Positions 12,989 through 26,289 of a DNA stretch of 64,000 nucleotides are shown here, one piece after another. A program made the position numbers and the translations under genes. This DNA is from Octopus vulgaris. Lineage: Eukaryota. The stretch spans positions 41,788,001-41,852,000 of the forward strand of contig OX597816.1 in NCBI GenBank assembly GCA_951406725.2. The letters run 5' to 3'. The notes beneath the pieces are model-generated. The model was not told where the DNA came from and searched no databases. It was given only the letters and a program-made list of their open reading frames with translations. How positions within the stretch are numbered: position 1 is the stretch's first letter; each line of letters starts with the position of its first letter.

Positions 12989-13386
12989 TTTTTTTTTCTT
13001 CTTTCAAATTTTCTTCCATTTCTTGCCGAGTGTCTTCCCGACTCCTAGGGCAAAGAAACTCATAGTGTATATTGGTAGGCCATTAAACCAAACTCAGTAG
13101 TTCGTTCATTTTTTTAATTTTTTTTTAAAGTTAAATTAAAATGCATGAGCAGCAACAGTTCTCACATCCACAATGCTCTTCTCAATACGTGTGATGTACC
13201 AGTTAAGACAATCTTTTGCACTTCTTGCAGGGATGGTAAGCCAGGGATCATTCTCATATAATTTTCGGTTCCCTTCTTGATCATTCCTAGTGCTCCTACG
13301 ATCACTGGTATTGTAACCGCCTCATACAATTTTCGGTTCCCTTCTTGATCATTCCTAGTGCTCCTACGATCACTGGTATTGTAACC
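12988..13386 (-). mobile_element. 3' end of an RLE LINE (second family) in a (TAA)n tract
   Basis: AVTIPVIVGALGMIKKGTENYMRMIPGLPSLQEVQKIVLTGTSHVLRRAL is an R4/Dong-type C-terminus, followed by a 3' UTR and an A-rich/(TAA)n tail. (TTA)n on both flanks. Confidence 0.9.
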
Positions 13387-13418
13387 TATTATCATTATTA
13401 TTATTATTATTATTATTA

Positions 13419-13479
<61 letters not shown>

Positions 13480-13482
<3 letters not shown>

Positions 13483-13949
13483 TAGTTTTATTTTTAGAGC
13501 GTGCTTTCACTTCACTACCGAGCGCAGCTCTGTGTGCCTTGGGTATGTGCTGTGATTTGTTGTGATGCTCTGATGGTTATTGTATGGAAAGTGTTCTGCG
13601 TAGGATGTGTGCAGTGCCTAGTAGTGCAATTTTCTGTATGTTATATGTTTGTAAGTCCTGGTGTTTTTGTTATGTATTTGTCTGAATATTTTTTTATCAT
13701 GCCTAATGCACCTACTATGATAGGAATTGTTTCTGTTTTCAGATTCCACATTCTAGTTACCTCTATTTCCAGGTCTTTGTATTTTGAGAGTTTCTCCATT
13801 TCTTTTAGAGACACGTTGTCATCAGCCGGTATTGATACATCAATTAGAAAGCATTTTTTTCTTCATGATCTCTGACAACTATATCTGGTCTGTTGGCCTT
13901 AATTTCTCTATCTGTGTGTATCGGCATATCCCAGAGTATGGTTGCTTTC

Positions 13950-13950
<1 letters not shown>
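13480..13950 (-). mobile_element. 3' end of an RLE LINE (third family) with a well-preserved endonuclease domain
   Basis: KATILWDMPIHTDREIKANRPDIVVRDHE..CFLIDVSIPADDNVSLKEMEKLSKYKDLEIEVTRMWNLKTETIPIIVGALG..QKIALLGTAHILRRTLS shows the RPD..D..K..KY RLE motif. (TTA)n on both flanks. Confidence 0.95.
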
Positions 13951-14000
<50 letters not shown>

Positions 14001-14156
14001 GTTATTATTATTATTATTAGCACGCCGGGTGAAATGATTAGTGGTATTAGAGTTCAATTTTCACTGATATTTACTTTGCGTTTCGAGTTGAATGCTGCTG
14101 TCGATGTAATAGTCTCAGTACCTCAAATTGCTGACCTTGGGCAAAATTTGAAACCA

Positions 14157-14165
14157 TTCTTCTTC

Positions 14166-14197
<32 letters not shown>

Positions 14198-14308
14198 CTT
14201 CTTCTTCTTCTTCTTCTTCTTCTTCTACTCCTCCTCCTCCTCCTTCTCCTCCTTCTCCTTCTTCTTCTTCTTCTTCTTCTTCTTCTTCTTCTTCTTCTTC
14301 TTCTTCTT
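14157..14308. repeat. (TTC)n/(TCC)n microsatellite
   Basis: Polypyrimidine trinucleotide run. Confidence 0.98.
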
Positions 14309-14664
14309 GAGTGAGACAGCAATGCATAGCATCATAGTGAAACTGGGCTAAAATATACGAAGCACAGTATACCCATCATGACTACCGTCTGATAAGAGTA
14401 CACCAGGCACATGCATCAGAACCATGTGTGCACGACATGGTGACCTCATCTCATGATAAACAGCGAATATTATTATTATTATTGAGTGAGCGAGCAGAGC
14501 ATGCCATCAAAGTGACACTGGGGTAAAATATACGAAGCCCAGTATACCCATCATGACTACACGTCTGATAAGGGTACACCAGGCACATGCATCACAACTA
14601 TATGTTCGCGAAATGGTGATCTCATATCAAGATAAACAGCACATACACCTTGCAGGTGGAGCCC
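14309..14664 (-). mobile_element. Two tandem 3'-anchored copies (14309-14466, 14484-14664) of a non-coding microsatellite-tailed repeat, family E
   Basis: On the plus strand both begin gagtgag..gcat..catca.agtga.actggg.taaaatatacgaagc.cagtatacccatcatgactac..gtctgataag.gtacaccaggcacatgcatc. They share one end next to a microsatellite and differ in length at the other end. Confidence 0.8.
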
Positions 14665-14734
<70 letters not shown>

Positions 14735-14776
14735 GAGCAGCAACACAATATACTACTACTACCACTAATACTGCTG

Positions 14777-14856
<80 letters not shown>
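14665..14856. repeat. (TTA)n then (TAC)n microsatellites
   Basis: Trinucleotide runs. Confidence 0.97.
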
Positions 14857-14857
<1 letters not shown>

Positions 14858-15214
14858 TTCATTATATTTCTAATTCTTAGACATTGTAATATAAGGTGGA
14901 ATAAATATTCACTTTAGCTATTGCACTATGCTGTCCCGATAGTCACTACATGCCCTATATAAGATTTTTTTTCCGACAATAAATCGATGATTTATAGTCA
15001 GTATGAAACAATTCAATCTTGCACAAATTATTGGATGGTGCTAAATATATCTAGAGACAGACAACTGAAATACGTGTGAGACAAACAACACGAAGTAATA
15101 TCGACTGGCTGTCAGAAATATCAAATGGTCGGCTGATGTAATTGAAAACCGTGCAATCGATTGTGGTTCTGAAATAATAGCCTAATTTCTCTTGGTTCTC
15201 TAGCGTTTAGCTTT

Positions 15215-15541
15215 ATGCATGTATGCATGTATATATCTATGTATATATATATTTATGTATGTGTGTATGTATGTATGAATGTATGTATGAATGTATGTAT
15301 GTAAGTATGTATGTATTTATGTATGTATGTAGGTAGGTACATATGAATATATGCATGTACGTATGTACCATATGTATCTACGTATATGTATACATGAGTA
15401 TACACGGAAACATTCGCGCACACATACACACACAAACACTATACATGCACGTATGTATGCACTTACATATAGTTATAAATATGTAGATAGGTAAAAAGTA
15501 ATTAGCTTGAAAGATACATACAAATGTGTGTATATATATAT

Positions 15542-15588
<47 letters not shown>

Positions 15589-15610
15589 ATATACACACAA
15601 ACACACACAC

Positions 15611-15641
<31 letters not shown>

Positions 15642-15725
15642 TACACACATGTATATTTATATAATGCGTGTATGTGTCAGTGCGCGAGACATTGTGTATG
15701 TGTGTATGTGCGCATGTGTGTACAT
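15215..15725. repeat. Compound (TATG)n/(TA)n/(CA)n low-complexity tract
   Basis: Di- and tetranucleotide runs. Confidence 0.93.
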
Positions 15726-16104
15726 AATGTGAATCAAAACTGAGATTTTTGATCGATCAGGTGGTGGAAATAAGTGCGAGATTCCTGATTTGTTTCCGGA
15801 CAGTTGATGCTTTTTGTCTGATGAAAATACGTATTTGGAAAGATAAGTGTTGTAATATATGAGCCTAAATACAACGCCAAAAATGACAACGTTAATATCA
15901 CGATATTTTTTTTCTCATATGTTGAAACGCTTGTAATAGTAACGCTTAATACTTAGTCAACAATTATTCCTATTTATTTGTGTACATTATGTGTGAAAGA
16001 TACGCTCAGATTAGATATCTTATCTAAGAATGCCACTGATATCTTATTAAAAAAAGGTCAAAAACAAATATATCAGTTTACTCTCGAATACTAGGCTGAA
16101 TATA

Positions 16105-16727
16105 GTGGCTTAGCCTATTTCGTGTGGCTCTAAGTTTTGAGTTCAAATTCCGCAGAGATCGACTTTGCCTTTTAATCTTCGGACTCGTGAAAATATGAGC
16201 CATCAGGACAATGCGGTCGATGAAATCGACTCATTCTCTCCCACAAAATTGCTACCCTCGTGGCAAAATTGGTAATCTTCATTTTTATTGTTATTTAGGT
16301 AACGAACTGGCTGAATCTTTACCACGCCGGGTGAAATGCTTATCGGTATCTCGTCTGCCGTTACGTTCTGTGTTCAAAGTCGACTTTGCTTTTGATCTTT
16401 TCAGGGTCGATAAATTAAGTACCAGAGAACCACTGGGGTCGATGTACTTGACGGGAATCCTCTCCCAAAATTTCAGGCCTTGAGCCTATTGTAGAAAGGA
16501 TTATTACTGTTATGAAGGCGAAGAGCTGTCAGGATCGTTAAGACGCCGGTCGAAATACTTAACAGAATTTCGTCCGTCTTTACATTGTGAGTTAAAATTC
16601 CGCTTAAATCGAGTTTACTTTTCCTCCATTCGACTTAGATGAAATAAATAACAGTAGGACACTGGTTCCAATGCATTTGATTTACACACTCCCTCAATCT
16701 TGCTGGCATTTTTGCCAAGACTTGACA
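16105..16727 (+). mobile_element. Cluster of three diverged family D SINEs
   Basis: Motifs gagttcaaattccgc..gactttgccttt, gggtcgataaattaagtaccag and cactggggtcgatgta recur at about 16140, 16375 and 16590. Confidence 0.8.
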
Positions 16728-16744
16728 TTATTATTATTATTGTT

Positions 16745-17110
16745 GAGTGCAGAACAATGCTATTAAATTGAGACCGGGGTACAAAGCCCTATTTATTCAT
16801 CGTGGCTACCTATCTGATAAGGGTACAAGAGCCACATGCATCACAGCCATTTGTGCACGAAATAGAGACGTTATAGCCAGACAAACAACGCGTTACCTTT
16901 TGGGTGGGGCCCTGCTACACTTTTCTTTATGTCGAGTAGCCCATCCTGTTTAAAAAGTCTCCGGTTAGGGTTTATATAAGGATGATGAACGAAACAACCA
17001 TGTTTCCAGAGGTGAATTATTCAAAGCTTAAAGAATTTCTCTCAACACGTTGTTATGGCTTTTCCACACTACAACTTTTTCTGACCAGAGATGCACACAC
17101 TGTCACTCAC
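16745..17110 (-). mobile_element. Longer, diverged copy of family E repeat with (TAA)n tail
   Basis: Shares tctgataagggtaca..cacatgcatcaca.cca..tgtgcacga and ggtggggccc with 14309-14664, and extends about 200 bp further. Confidence 0.7.
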
Positions 17111-17212
17111 ATTAATATTAAACATAGGATTAAATTAGTGAGGTGGCAGAATCGTTAGCACAATGGTGAAATGTTTACCGGCATTTCGTCTACCTTCACG
17201 TACTGAGTTCAA

Positions 17213-17620
17213 GTGTAAAGATGATTGTGTCTGTTACTGGTGCGGAGACGTGGTCAATGCTAATGTGTTTGAAGTGGTGTGGTGTGATGTGGTGGTGTGG
17301 AGTTGTGGGGATTTGATCGTGGGTAGGAGTGTAGGGTGATGATGTGGGGTGGGTTGAGCATGTGGTGGTGGGTGTGTGGTGGTATGGGTGGGGCATATGG
17401 GCTTGTGATGTGTGAGCGTTTGTTGTGGGTGGAGGTGATTCAGTGAAGAGAAGGTGGGTAGGAGTGAAGAGAGAAGATTAATTCCTGTTCACGTCGAAGG
17501 CTGGTGTCCGGATGGTCCCTGTCTAAAGGCAATCCGAACAGAGACGGGTGTTGAATGAACGGCCGGTAGAGCGGAAATAGCGCGAGAACAGGGTATCATT
17601 GCCGAGTCTAATGTATCTGT
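17213..17620 (-). mobile_element. Penelope-like fragment: GIY-YIG C-terminus plus C/A-rich 3' region
   Basis: Minus translation RYIRLGNDTLFSRYFRSTGRS..SLFGLPLDRDHPDTSLRREQELIFSLHS resembles the Penelope C-terminal V.RHF..GHS..R..RE..LI..L pattern. It starts at a (TA)n tract. Confidence 0.75.
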
Positions 17621-17625
17621 ATAAA

Positions 17626-17689
<64 letters not shown>

Positions 17690-17723
17690 GTATATGTATT
17701 TATATATATTTATATGTATGTAT

Positions 17724-17772
<49 letters not shown>

Positions 17773-19454
17773 CATTATATGTATATTGCAAGCAATTAGG
17801 GTAAAATCACAACTATTTCCACTTGAAGCACGTCTGCAGTTATTACAGTATGAACTTGTCGCTTTAGTATAGATGCGAAATGCATATTGAAAATATCGCG
17901 TGCATAGTAATTGCATAACAAAAAATGAAGTTTGAAAATAGGTATTATTTATTTACCATTAGAGATGTTTCATTTGGTAATCCGAATTACAAAACTTTAC
18001 TTATTACATTAATATATAAGATATGTATTAGAGATATTATTCGATTCCTTGTGTAAGACATACTAATGAGAGATCCCTTACGTGAGTATCTATTATGCAG
18101 AACTACTTAATAATTTTGGATTTGCAAATGAAACGTGTAATGGAGATTATATAATAAATGCCTCAGTCCGAAGGCCGCGGCCATGCTGGGGCACCGCCGC
18201 TACACACACACACACACACACCCACATATATATATATATATATATAAATATATATATATATATTTATATATACATATATACATACATATATATATATATA
18301 TATTTCTATATATTTATATATGCATATGTGTATGTGCATCTGTGTATAGCGTACTATGACACCAAGCCCACGCATGTCACTTCTACACTTACAATTATCT
18401 ATTAGGGAGTCTCTCGTGCATGCATTATCTTTTAATTTTAACCAGTGTTTATCTTAATAATCTGAACTGCTTGATGATATTTAAGTCATTAAAATACAGA
18501 AAGCAAATACAATATTTATAAATTAAAATTTCATTTGATTGTTAGTAATTGTCTCACATAATTTGAAAAATATCAAATACAATAAAATAATTTCACGTGG
18601 GAAGTTTACTAAAATGTATATATATTTCATTAACTTTGAAAGCAACGATGTTCAAAGATTTCGAAACATTTATTAAATCATAATAATGTATAATGTCGTT
18701 TTATGAGATAGATATACTTTAATGCTGCATTATAGTCTTTAGATAATATTTTAGCCATTTAAATTCAGATATTTAATGACATAAATGTGACATAATCATC
18801 GATTAACACTTCATTAAATTATGATTCTAAATATTAAAAATTAATAGATCACATTTCCACCAAGAAAATTATTTTATATTTATATAATATTGTTTCTGTT
18901 GGCAGTTCATTGGTAATGGAGGATTCGTATTGTGAAACGACGTCAGCAGTTTTAAAGCTGTTAGATACATATATAGGCACAATATCCATTCTAAGCATTT
19001 TGATGGCACGATACATCTTATAATCTGCAGTGATTTACGAGCAGGAATTTCAAAGAAACAAGCTTGGAAATTCTCTGTATAGCGGAAAGGACGCATTGCC
19101 GAACCGCGCCAAATCAATATCATAATTCCAGATATGTAACAACTATATTCCCTGCCTCTATGTTGACGAACCACGTTGAAAATCTCAGTTCAGATTCAAG
19201 GTGAGTATTTCCCACAAAGTTGATAAAATACGTCGCGATAGAATACGACGCGAGTGTCATGATGAATTAAATTTTTGCTATTATTTTTGAAAAGATGCTT
19301 CTTTTACACCTATTTTCGAAAATATTTTTTTATCGATATATTTTTTATCCTGTTTAATTATTAAGTACAAAATATCTGAGACTTTAGACTGTAATATCTT
19401 GCCATTGTATCTGAAAATTCTAAACATATATCATTTGGAAAATTTTAATATCGG

Positions 19455-19900
19455 ATTGAAGCAATGAGCATGCAGAATCGTTAGCATTTTGGGAAAATTG
19501 CTTAGTGGTTTTACGTCCGTCTTTACTTTCTGAGTTCAATTTCCGCTGAGGTCGACTTTGCCTTTCATCTTTCCCGGTGTCTACAAAATAACCAGTTGTG
19601 CACTGGGGTCAATGTAAACGACTTAATCCCTTCCTCGGCAATGCTGAGCTCGTGCCAAACTTTGAAATTAATATTAAACATAGGATTAAGTTAGTGAGGT
19701 GGCAGAATCGTTAGCACAATGGTCAAATGTTTATCGGCATTTCGTCTACCTTCACGTACTGAGTTCAAATTCCACCAAGTTCTACTTTGTATTCATCCTG
19801 TCTGGATCGATGAAATGAGTTCCAGATTAGATTTGGGGTTGATGTAATCGACTTACCCCTCATTGACGTTACCAACCACGTGCCGAAATTTGAAAGCAGT
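19455..19900 (+). mobile_element. Two tandem family D SINEs
   Basis: gcagaatcgttagca..ctgagttcaa.ttcc..g.tc.actttg..ttcatc..ggggt..atgtaa.cgactta occurs twice. Confidence 0.82.
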
Positions 19901-19979
19901 ATAAATGCCGTTTAATAACCAAGTTTGTCTATTGTCACTTGTTTGGGAAAATATAAATTTCATTACTAATTGGCATTTA

Positions 19980-20135
19980 TTAAACTGCTGCGTTGCTGGT
20001 CTACCGCTTTAAAGATTTTTTTTGAGTCAAATGAATCGACCAAAGTACTTATCATTGTTAAGCTTGGTACTTATTCCATCAGTCTGCTTTTAACAAATCA
20101 TTAATTTACTGGAACGTTAAGACGCCAATACGGGT
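19980..20135 (-). mobile_element. Diverged 3' fragment of SINE family A
   Basis: accgcttt..gagtcaaatgaatcgacc..agtactta..ggtacttattccatc matches the reverse complement of the family A 3' half. Confidence 0.6.
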
Positions 20136-20971
20136 CGCTGTTTCTTCGACCATTAACATTTTGAAACCCTTCGTGGTTTGCTTATATATCTTGTATTTTA
20201 GATGTCGTTTGCATTTGATTTTCTATTTGTTGACACTTCCTTTCATTAGCATTAATGTCTTTTGTCCTAAATATTTGTACTAAAATAATGTTTTTTTTTC
20301 GGGAAATTCTTTTAAGTACAGTTCTACACTATGGACATGTCCTCCCTATCACGTCAGTACTTCTGCCACACATGTGTACAAAATATTATGTCATTAATTT
20401 CCTATACCTCTAGCCTACTACAATTTTACTTGCTCCCGATTGTCCCAGTTTAAATTCCTGCAGTACCCTAAATATGCACCGTGGAATAATTTGCATGAGA
20501 GAATATTTACGTGCTTGAAAGATTTCGTTTGAGTTGGCAATTTAGACTGATACAAACCATTTTCCATGTATCTGCCAGGTCAAATGATTACCAGTAAAGT
20601 TTTATTTAAAAACAATTACTTCAACCTTCAATTTCATCTCATTGAATATAAGTGACTTGAAGTGAGGTGATACGCTGTTCACTCCAATGACGTGGTAGAT
20701 TCACAAGGGCATTATACTAGATTAGATTTTTAATCTCAATGCAAACATTTCAGTGGAGATGGACGTTAACAGCACCTACGACAGAGCACGCTGTAACACG
20801 CTGAATTAATATAATGCTCGTTTAACTGGAAGGTATATTAGCGTATCTTGAATATCCTCTCACTTGCTTATCGATATTGCTCGTGTGTGACTATGAATAT
20901 ATGAATCATCGCTTCAATATAAAGCTTTGAAACGTGTATGCGTTCATATTATCGGAATATTAAAATAACAA

Positions 20972-21568
<597 letters not shown>

Positions 21569-21795
21569 ATCAAACATTACGTCTAGTTCTAAAAATTCTA
21601 AAAAAATTATAATGTATCGATATATAAAATATTTTGAAAAAAGAAAAGAATATTCAGCGAGTAAAAAATCAAGATAAATTCATCATTTTCAAAGTTTCCA
21701 TTATAGAAAACATTTAAACTGTCATATGAATTATTGGAAGCTGAGCGTTCTATGTTTTTGTGTAGCTTTTATAATTCACTTCAGTTATTCCATCT

Positions 21796-21859
<64 letters not shown>

Positions 21860-21865
21860 ACACAC

Positions 21866-21903
<38 letters not shown>

Positions 21904-23419
21904 CTGTTTAAAAAAAACTTGATAAATTTCCTCTAAACAGATAACTGCACGTCTCACTAACTACATGAATACCTCAATGTGATATGAAAATGTAAAAAGT
22001 TATTAACGCTTTTCTCTGTTTAGCCGGTAATTACGAAGATTGGAAAGCAACCATTTATCTTCAAATAAGAAATATGTGTTTCTTCATTCAAAAGATATTG
22101 AATGTTACGTAATTATCTAACATTCAACTGAACGGTGCAACTTATCTCTTTATGTTTTAGTGTACGTGTTATGTGTGCGTGTGTTTAATTTTTTATGTGT
22201 GTGTGTGTGTGATTGTTTATGTGTGTGTATGTGTGTGTGATAGTGGCAAGTTATAGAAATTTACGACAGCAGAAGGACCGTAGGAAGTGAATATTTAAGC
22301 TTCGTCCGTTAACTCGTTAACGAATCCAGTAACGTTAACTTGTGGTCGAACTACAATCTCTGTGACGCCTACAAGCGCTGGATAAGATATTTAAACAATT
22401 GCCACAGTGTTGAGGAGACACAGAGATGCAAACAATCATGTAGGGAATCTTAGCAACTTGCTTGATTTAAAATTAAGGCAGGGTAAACGAAGTACGGATA
22501 AATTTATAAACTGGGATAGGGAAGAGAAAAACGATAAAACATGATGAAATGGAAGTGAGTAAATGCAATATAGTGTAGAAAGTATGTCATTGAAGGAATA
22601 TAAACATATTCGATGATTCACAATTAGGCAAGTTAAGGCACTCTCAACCACACACACTAACATACACATATCCATATAGAAACGACTGAAATTTTCATAA
22701 TAGAAAACGGTGCTGCAACAGGATTTTATCAAATGAAACCGATATCGTTTTCCTTGTACATGATCAGCATCGTATTAAAAAATACCTTACTATTGAAGAA
22801 TGGGCGCAATATAAATTCTACTTAGAGAATACACAACATAAAATACATACTTTCTGGAGAGGCAAAAGAAATATCAGAAAAACACACGAGGCATTTTAAG
22901 TAAATGATTTAAATACACGCAACTCCTTAATTAATATCTTGTTCCAGTGTTGTAAGGCAAATATTACATCGGTGATGCATTTGCTAACTAAGATTTTCTA
23001 AATTTTTTTTTTTAAATGGACATTTGAAATTTAGTTAGAGCTTGGAGCATTGATTGTGAATTGCGTCCCCTTTTAATATTTATTTCGATTTTGTTTCGAG
23101 GTTCACGGGCTTGTTTATTTTCTGTAGTCTATCAATAGTCGCAGTTACATTTTCAAAGACTAGAGAGACAAATATAACGCATCGCGATTCATGTAAATTA
23201 CCAGCTGCAGCTTCAAAAGGACATTATTCTTAATGATATATTTTGTCTACGTATGTAAACAAATGGACACTGTGTTTTTCCAAAGTGAGACATTGTGATA
23301 TAATTCTGAAAAAGTCAACTTAATTATGCTTTAATAAATATCAATCATCGAGATGCATTTTTAAAATTTTCTTTCCTTTTCGCGTTTACAACATTAGGTT
23401 CTGTGTTTTGGATGAAAAT

Positions 23420-23495
23420 GTCGTCGTCGTCATCGTCCTCATCATCGTCGTCATCATCATCATCATCATCATCATCATTATCATCATCATCATCG
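23420..23495. repeat. (CGT)n/(CAT)n microsatellite
   Basis: Trinucleotide run; the source of the poly-M ORF. Confidence 0.95.
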
Positions 23496-24049
23496 CCGCC
23501 TCATATAGCAAACTTTCAATCATGAATGTATTCTTTAGCCGATAAATCGAAATAAGGTTTATTTCAGAACAGAACAACGTCACCTTTAAGGTTCAACTCA
23601 TATTACGTACAGATAGTACAAAGAGCAAAGTATTACAGGTGTGACAAGCAAACATTTGGATTATATACTAGGATATTAACCGAAGTTTTTGTCCCATAAA
23701 ATATTTCGTATTACTTGGTCATACTTCGCAACAGCAAAAGCTTCTCTTTAACGTCTTGCTAACGTTGTAGATATCACCCTTAATAAATAAAATACATAAT
23801 GATATGGAAATGTATCCGATATGTGATTTTCCTTCGTATCAGTGAAGGTAATATTTTTTTCTTCGTATCATAAGTGCTCTGTATACTAAGAACGGTGTTA
23901 GTAGAGAAATTTGTACCGAAACTAATTCAAAAGTGTGCATAGTCATTTAAGTTGTAAATAGTTTCAGAATAAAGTCTCCTCTGATGAAAAGTGTCTTCAT
24001 GCCTTTCTATATTTAGTCAAGTAACCTATTCCGTGCTGCAGTAAAGTGA

Positions 24050-24575
24050 TATTTTCGTATTACTGATGTAAGACAGATGCGGCCTGTCCCACACGCACAG
24101 AAGGCCAAAGATTTATAGTGGATATGACCCGACAGACAAAACTAAAGCGCACAGATGTATGAAGTTTAATGGATAAACCAGCGTTTAAGAGAAACCTTTC
24201 TTTGTTATGACTCACCTGCGGATTCATTACGAATGACAATCTGTGATCATACTGCACAACTGGAATTTTCTCACAATACTGAAGGAGTATGCGGAAATTC
24301 TTTTGTATTAGAAAGAATAAACAAAGTCTGTACCCTGGGAGTTGACATGATTTAAAGGTCAAAATTCTTGGGAACAAATGCAGTCACGCATTTTCTGACC
24401 CAGCTTGGAGAAATGGAATGAAGCCGCATATTTATATCCTGGAAACGATGGCTTAACCCATGGAATGGCGCCATACCTTCTCACCAAAATCTAGGAAGAT
24501 CAAGAGTCAGCGACATACATAGAAACTCATGACGAGAGCTTTGTGCAGTAAGAAACAGCGAGGGATCTCAATGGT
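24050..24575 (+). mobile_element. Heavily decayed mariner transposase remnant
   Basis: ETMA*PMEWRHTFSPKSRKIKSQRHT*KLMT matches the mariner segment PETK.QSMEWRH..SP.PKKFK.Q.SAGKVMA, with an upstream KVC remnant of KVCARWVP. Confidence 0.6.
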
Positions 24576-25379
24576 TTCAGAAGTCAAATTTATGTGATAA
24601 TACACATATAAATAGTGTGAAATATTAATTCAGTATTTGGAAAATGATCGGAATCTGTAAAAAGAATTCATTCGCAATAGCTTTTGGTGGTCTCACTTTC
24701 TGAAATTTTCCTCCCTTTTTCCCCCACAACCAGTAGAGAAAAATAACATTTACATCCATTAGGAGGAAATATTTTGAAAGATATCTATATATTTGCTTCC
24801 ACAAATTTGTTTAGATCATTGTTCAAATGCTTATTGACAATAGTATTGACTCCAAATCATATGGCTTGATATTATCTTTGCCAAATTGCTGTTGTAAAAC
24901 TATTTTATCCATAGCAATATTCTGATTCTTTTAATACATAATTTATTTCCGAAATATCAGCGTAAATGCGATACTTATCTGGAAAGACAATGTTTTGTAT
25001 ATGTGTTCATCAGTATTAGCGCTGTCAAGTTCTATCTTCATATCAGATTCATTAACGCATTAAATAAACCAACATTTTGATGAAATATTCATCAAATTCT
25101 ATTATCAGGAATGATACGCTTTCAAATTGTTTATTTAAATCCATTCAAATATTCAGAAGGACTACTTTGCCTGACGCTTGTGTTAACATTCGTATTATGA
25201 TTAACATAACTGATCAATGTAGAGTATTACGACGATATCCCGAATAGTTACGGAATCGTTTATTCTTGTGGATATATTTACATGAAATTAATTCCACGTC
25301 ACTATAATAAATACAAGAAATACTTTGTAGCTTGATCGGACTGGTATATATCGACCAAAGCAATTTATGTGACTAGTGT

Positions 25380-26230
25380 ATCTGAAATGCTTATGTGTTA
25401 ATCGTTCCTAAATCATTCCTTGAATAAAGTCTGGACTCCAATGGAATCGTTAGGCTTTACCAATATATCATATTTATATTTCCATTACATTATTGGCGGT
25501 ATAAAATCTTTGTGGTACAGGATCCTTAGATACATTTATGCATTGTCATCGAGATCTAAAATTTATCCATAAAAACGGAGTTATTATTTTCCCTTTAGGG
25601 CTACTAAGGTCACATATTCTGATATACCTGATTCAATTTTAATATCACTGCAATAAATTTTGTTGCATCATCAGGGGAAATCGTTTCTAATCTAAACATT
25701 TCAAACATAGGTAAGTCACACTTGAAGTGCAGATGATATCTACAATGGATTTCTGCAATGGATTTATTTACAGTGGTCAGCTGATGATGCATTTTGCAAA
25801 ATATCATTTAGATGATGAGTAATAGCAGAATAACAAATATGTCACCTTCCAAGCTGATCATTTCAAATCCTATGCATAATTCGATTTTACATATGCAATC
25901 CAGTCTGTTCTCCAATTTTTCTTAATGTCTGTTTCAGCTGTGCCGATCATTTTAAGAACTCCATAAACCAAAAACGGGAAGTCATATCGTAAGCCCCTGT
26001 TATAACGTCCCACAGAACATATAAATTAGTCCGTCATCGCTTCTTTACTGACAGCTTTGATGCCTTTATAATGATTTCTCTACAGATTCTCTTTAGTAGA
26101 TGGGATTTTATTCTAAAAACGTTTTATTTTCAGTTATAGTGTGATAACATTTTAGTTGATGATTCCACACTGAATTCCTTCGTAGCTGTATGTTTTCTCA
26201 TGGAATTTCTTCGTGATTTAAACATTCACT
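25380..26230 (-). mobile_element. Very old Penelope-like RT remnant
   Basis: Collinear degenerate minus-strand motifs: CYHTITEN (FYPSITE), EIIIKASK (IIMHARKS), DVITGAYD (FDVTMGAYD) and KPND. Confidence 0.5.
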
Positions 26231-26289
26231 ATGTAGCATTTACAATTTCGATTTCATTGAAATGATTGCTGATTTTGTTGTGAAAATGC

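Noticed and set aside
15815-15855. CTGATGA-aaatacgtattt-gGAAA hammerhead-like motif
   Set aside because: Stem II is plausible, but there is an extra base before GAAA and I could not form stem III, a cleavage triplet or stem I.
17270-17470. G/T-rich tract resembling a telomeric or G-quadruplex island, and the His/Pro/Thr-rich ORF 17196-17396
   Set aside because: It has no regular telomere unit and is explained as the C/A-rich 3' region of the Penelope fragment.
22307-22340. Three GTTAAC sites with a small hairpin (cgttaac tc gttaacg)
   Set aside because: Too short to distinguish from chance or a micro-duplication.
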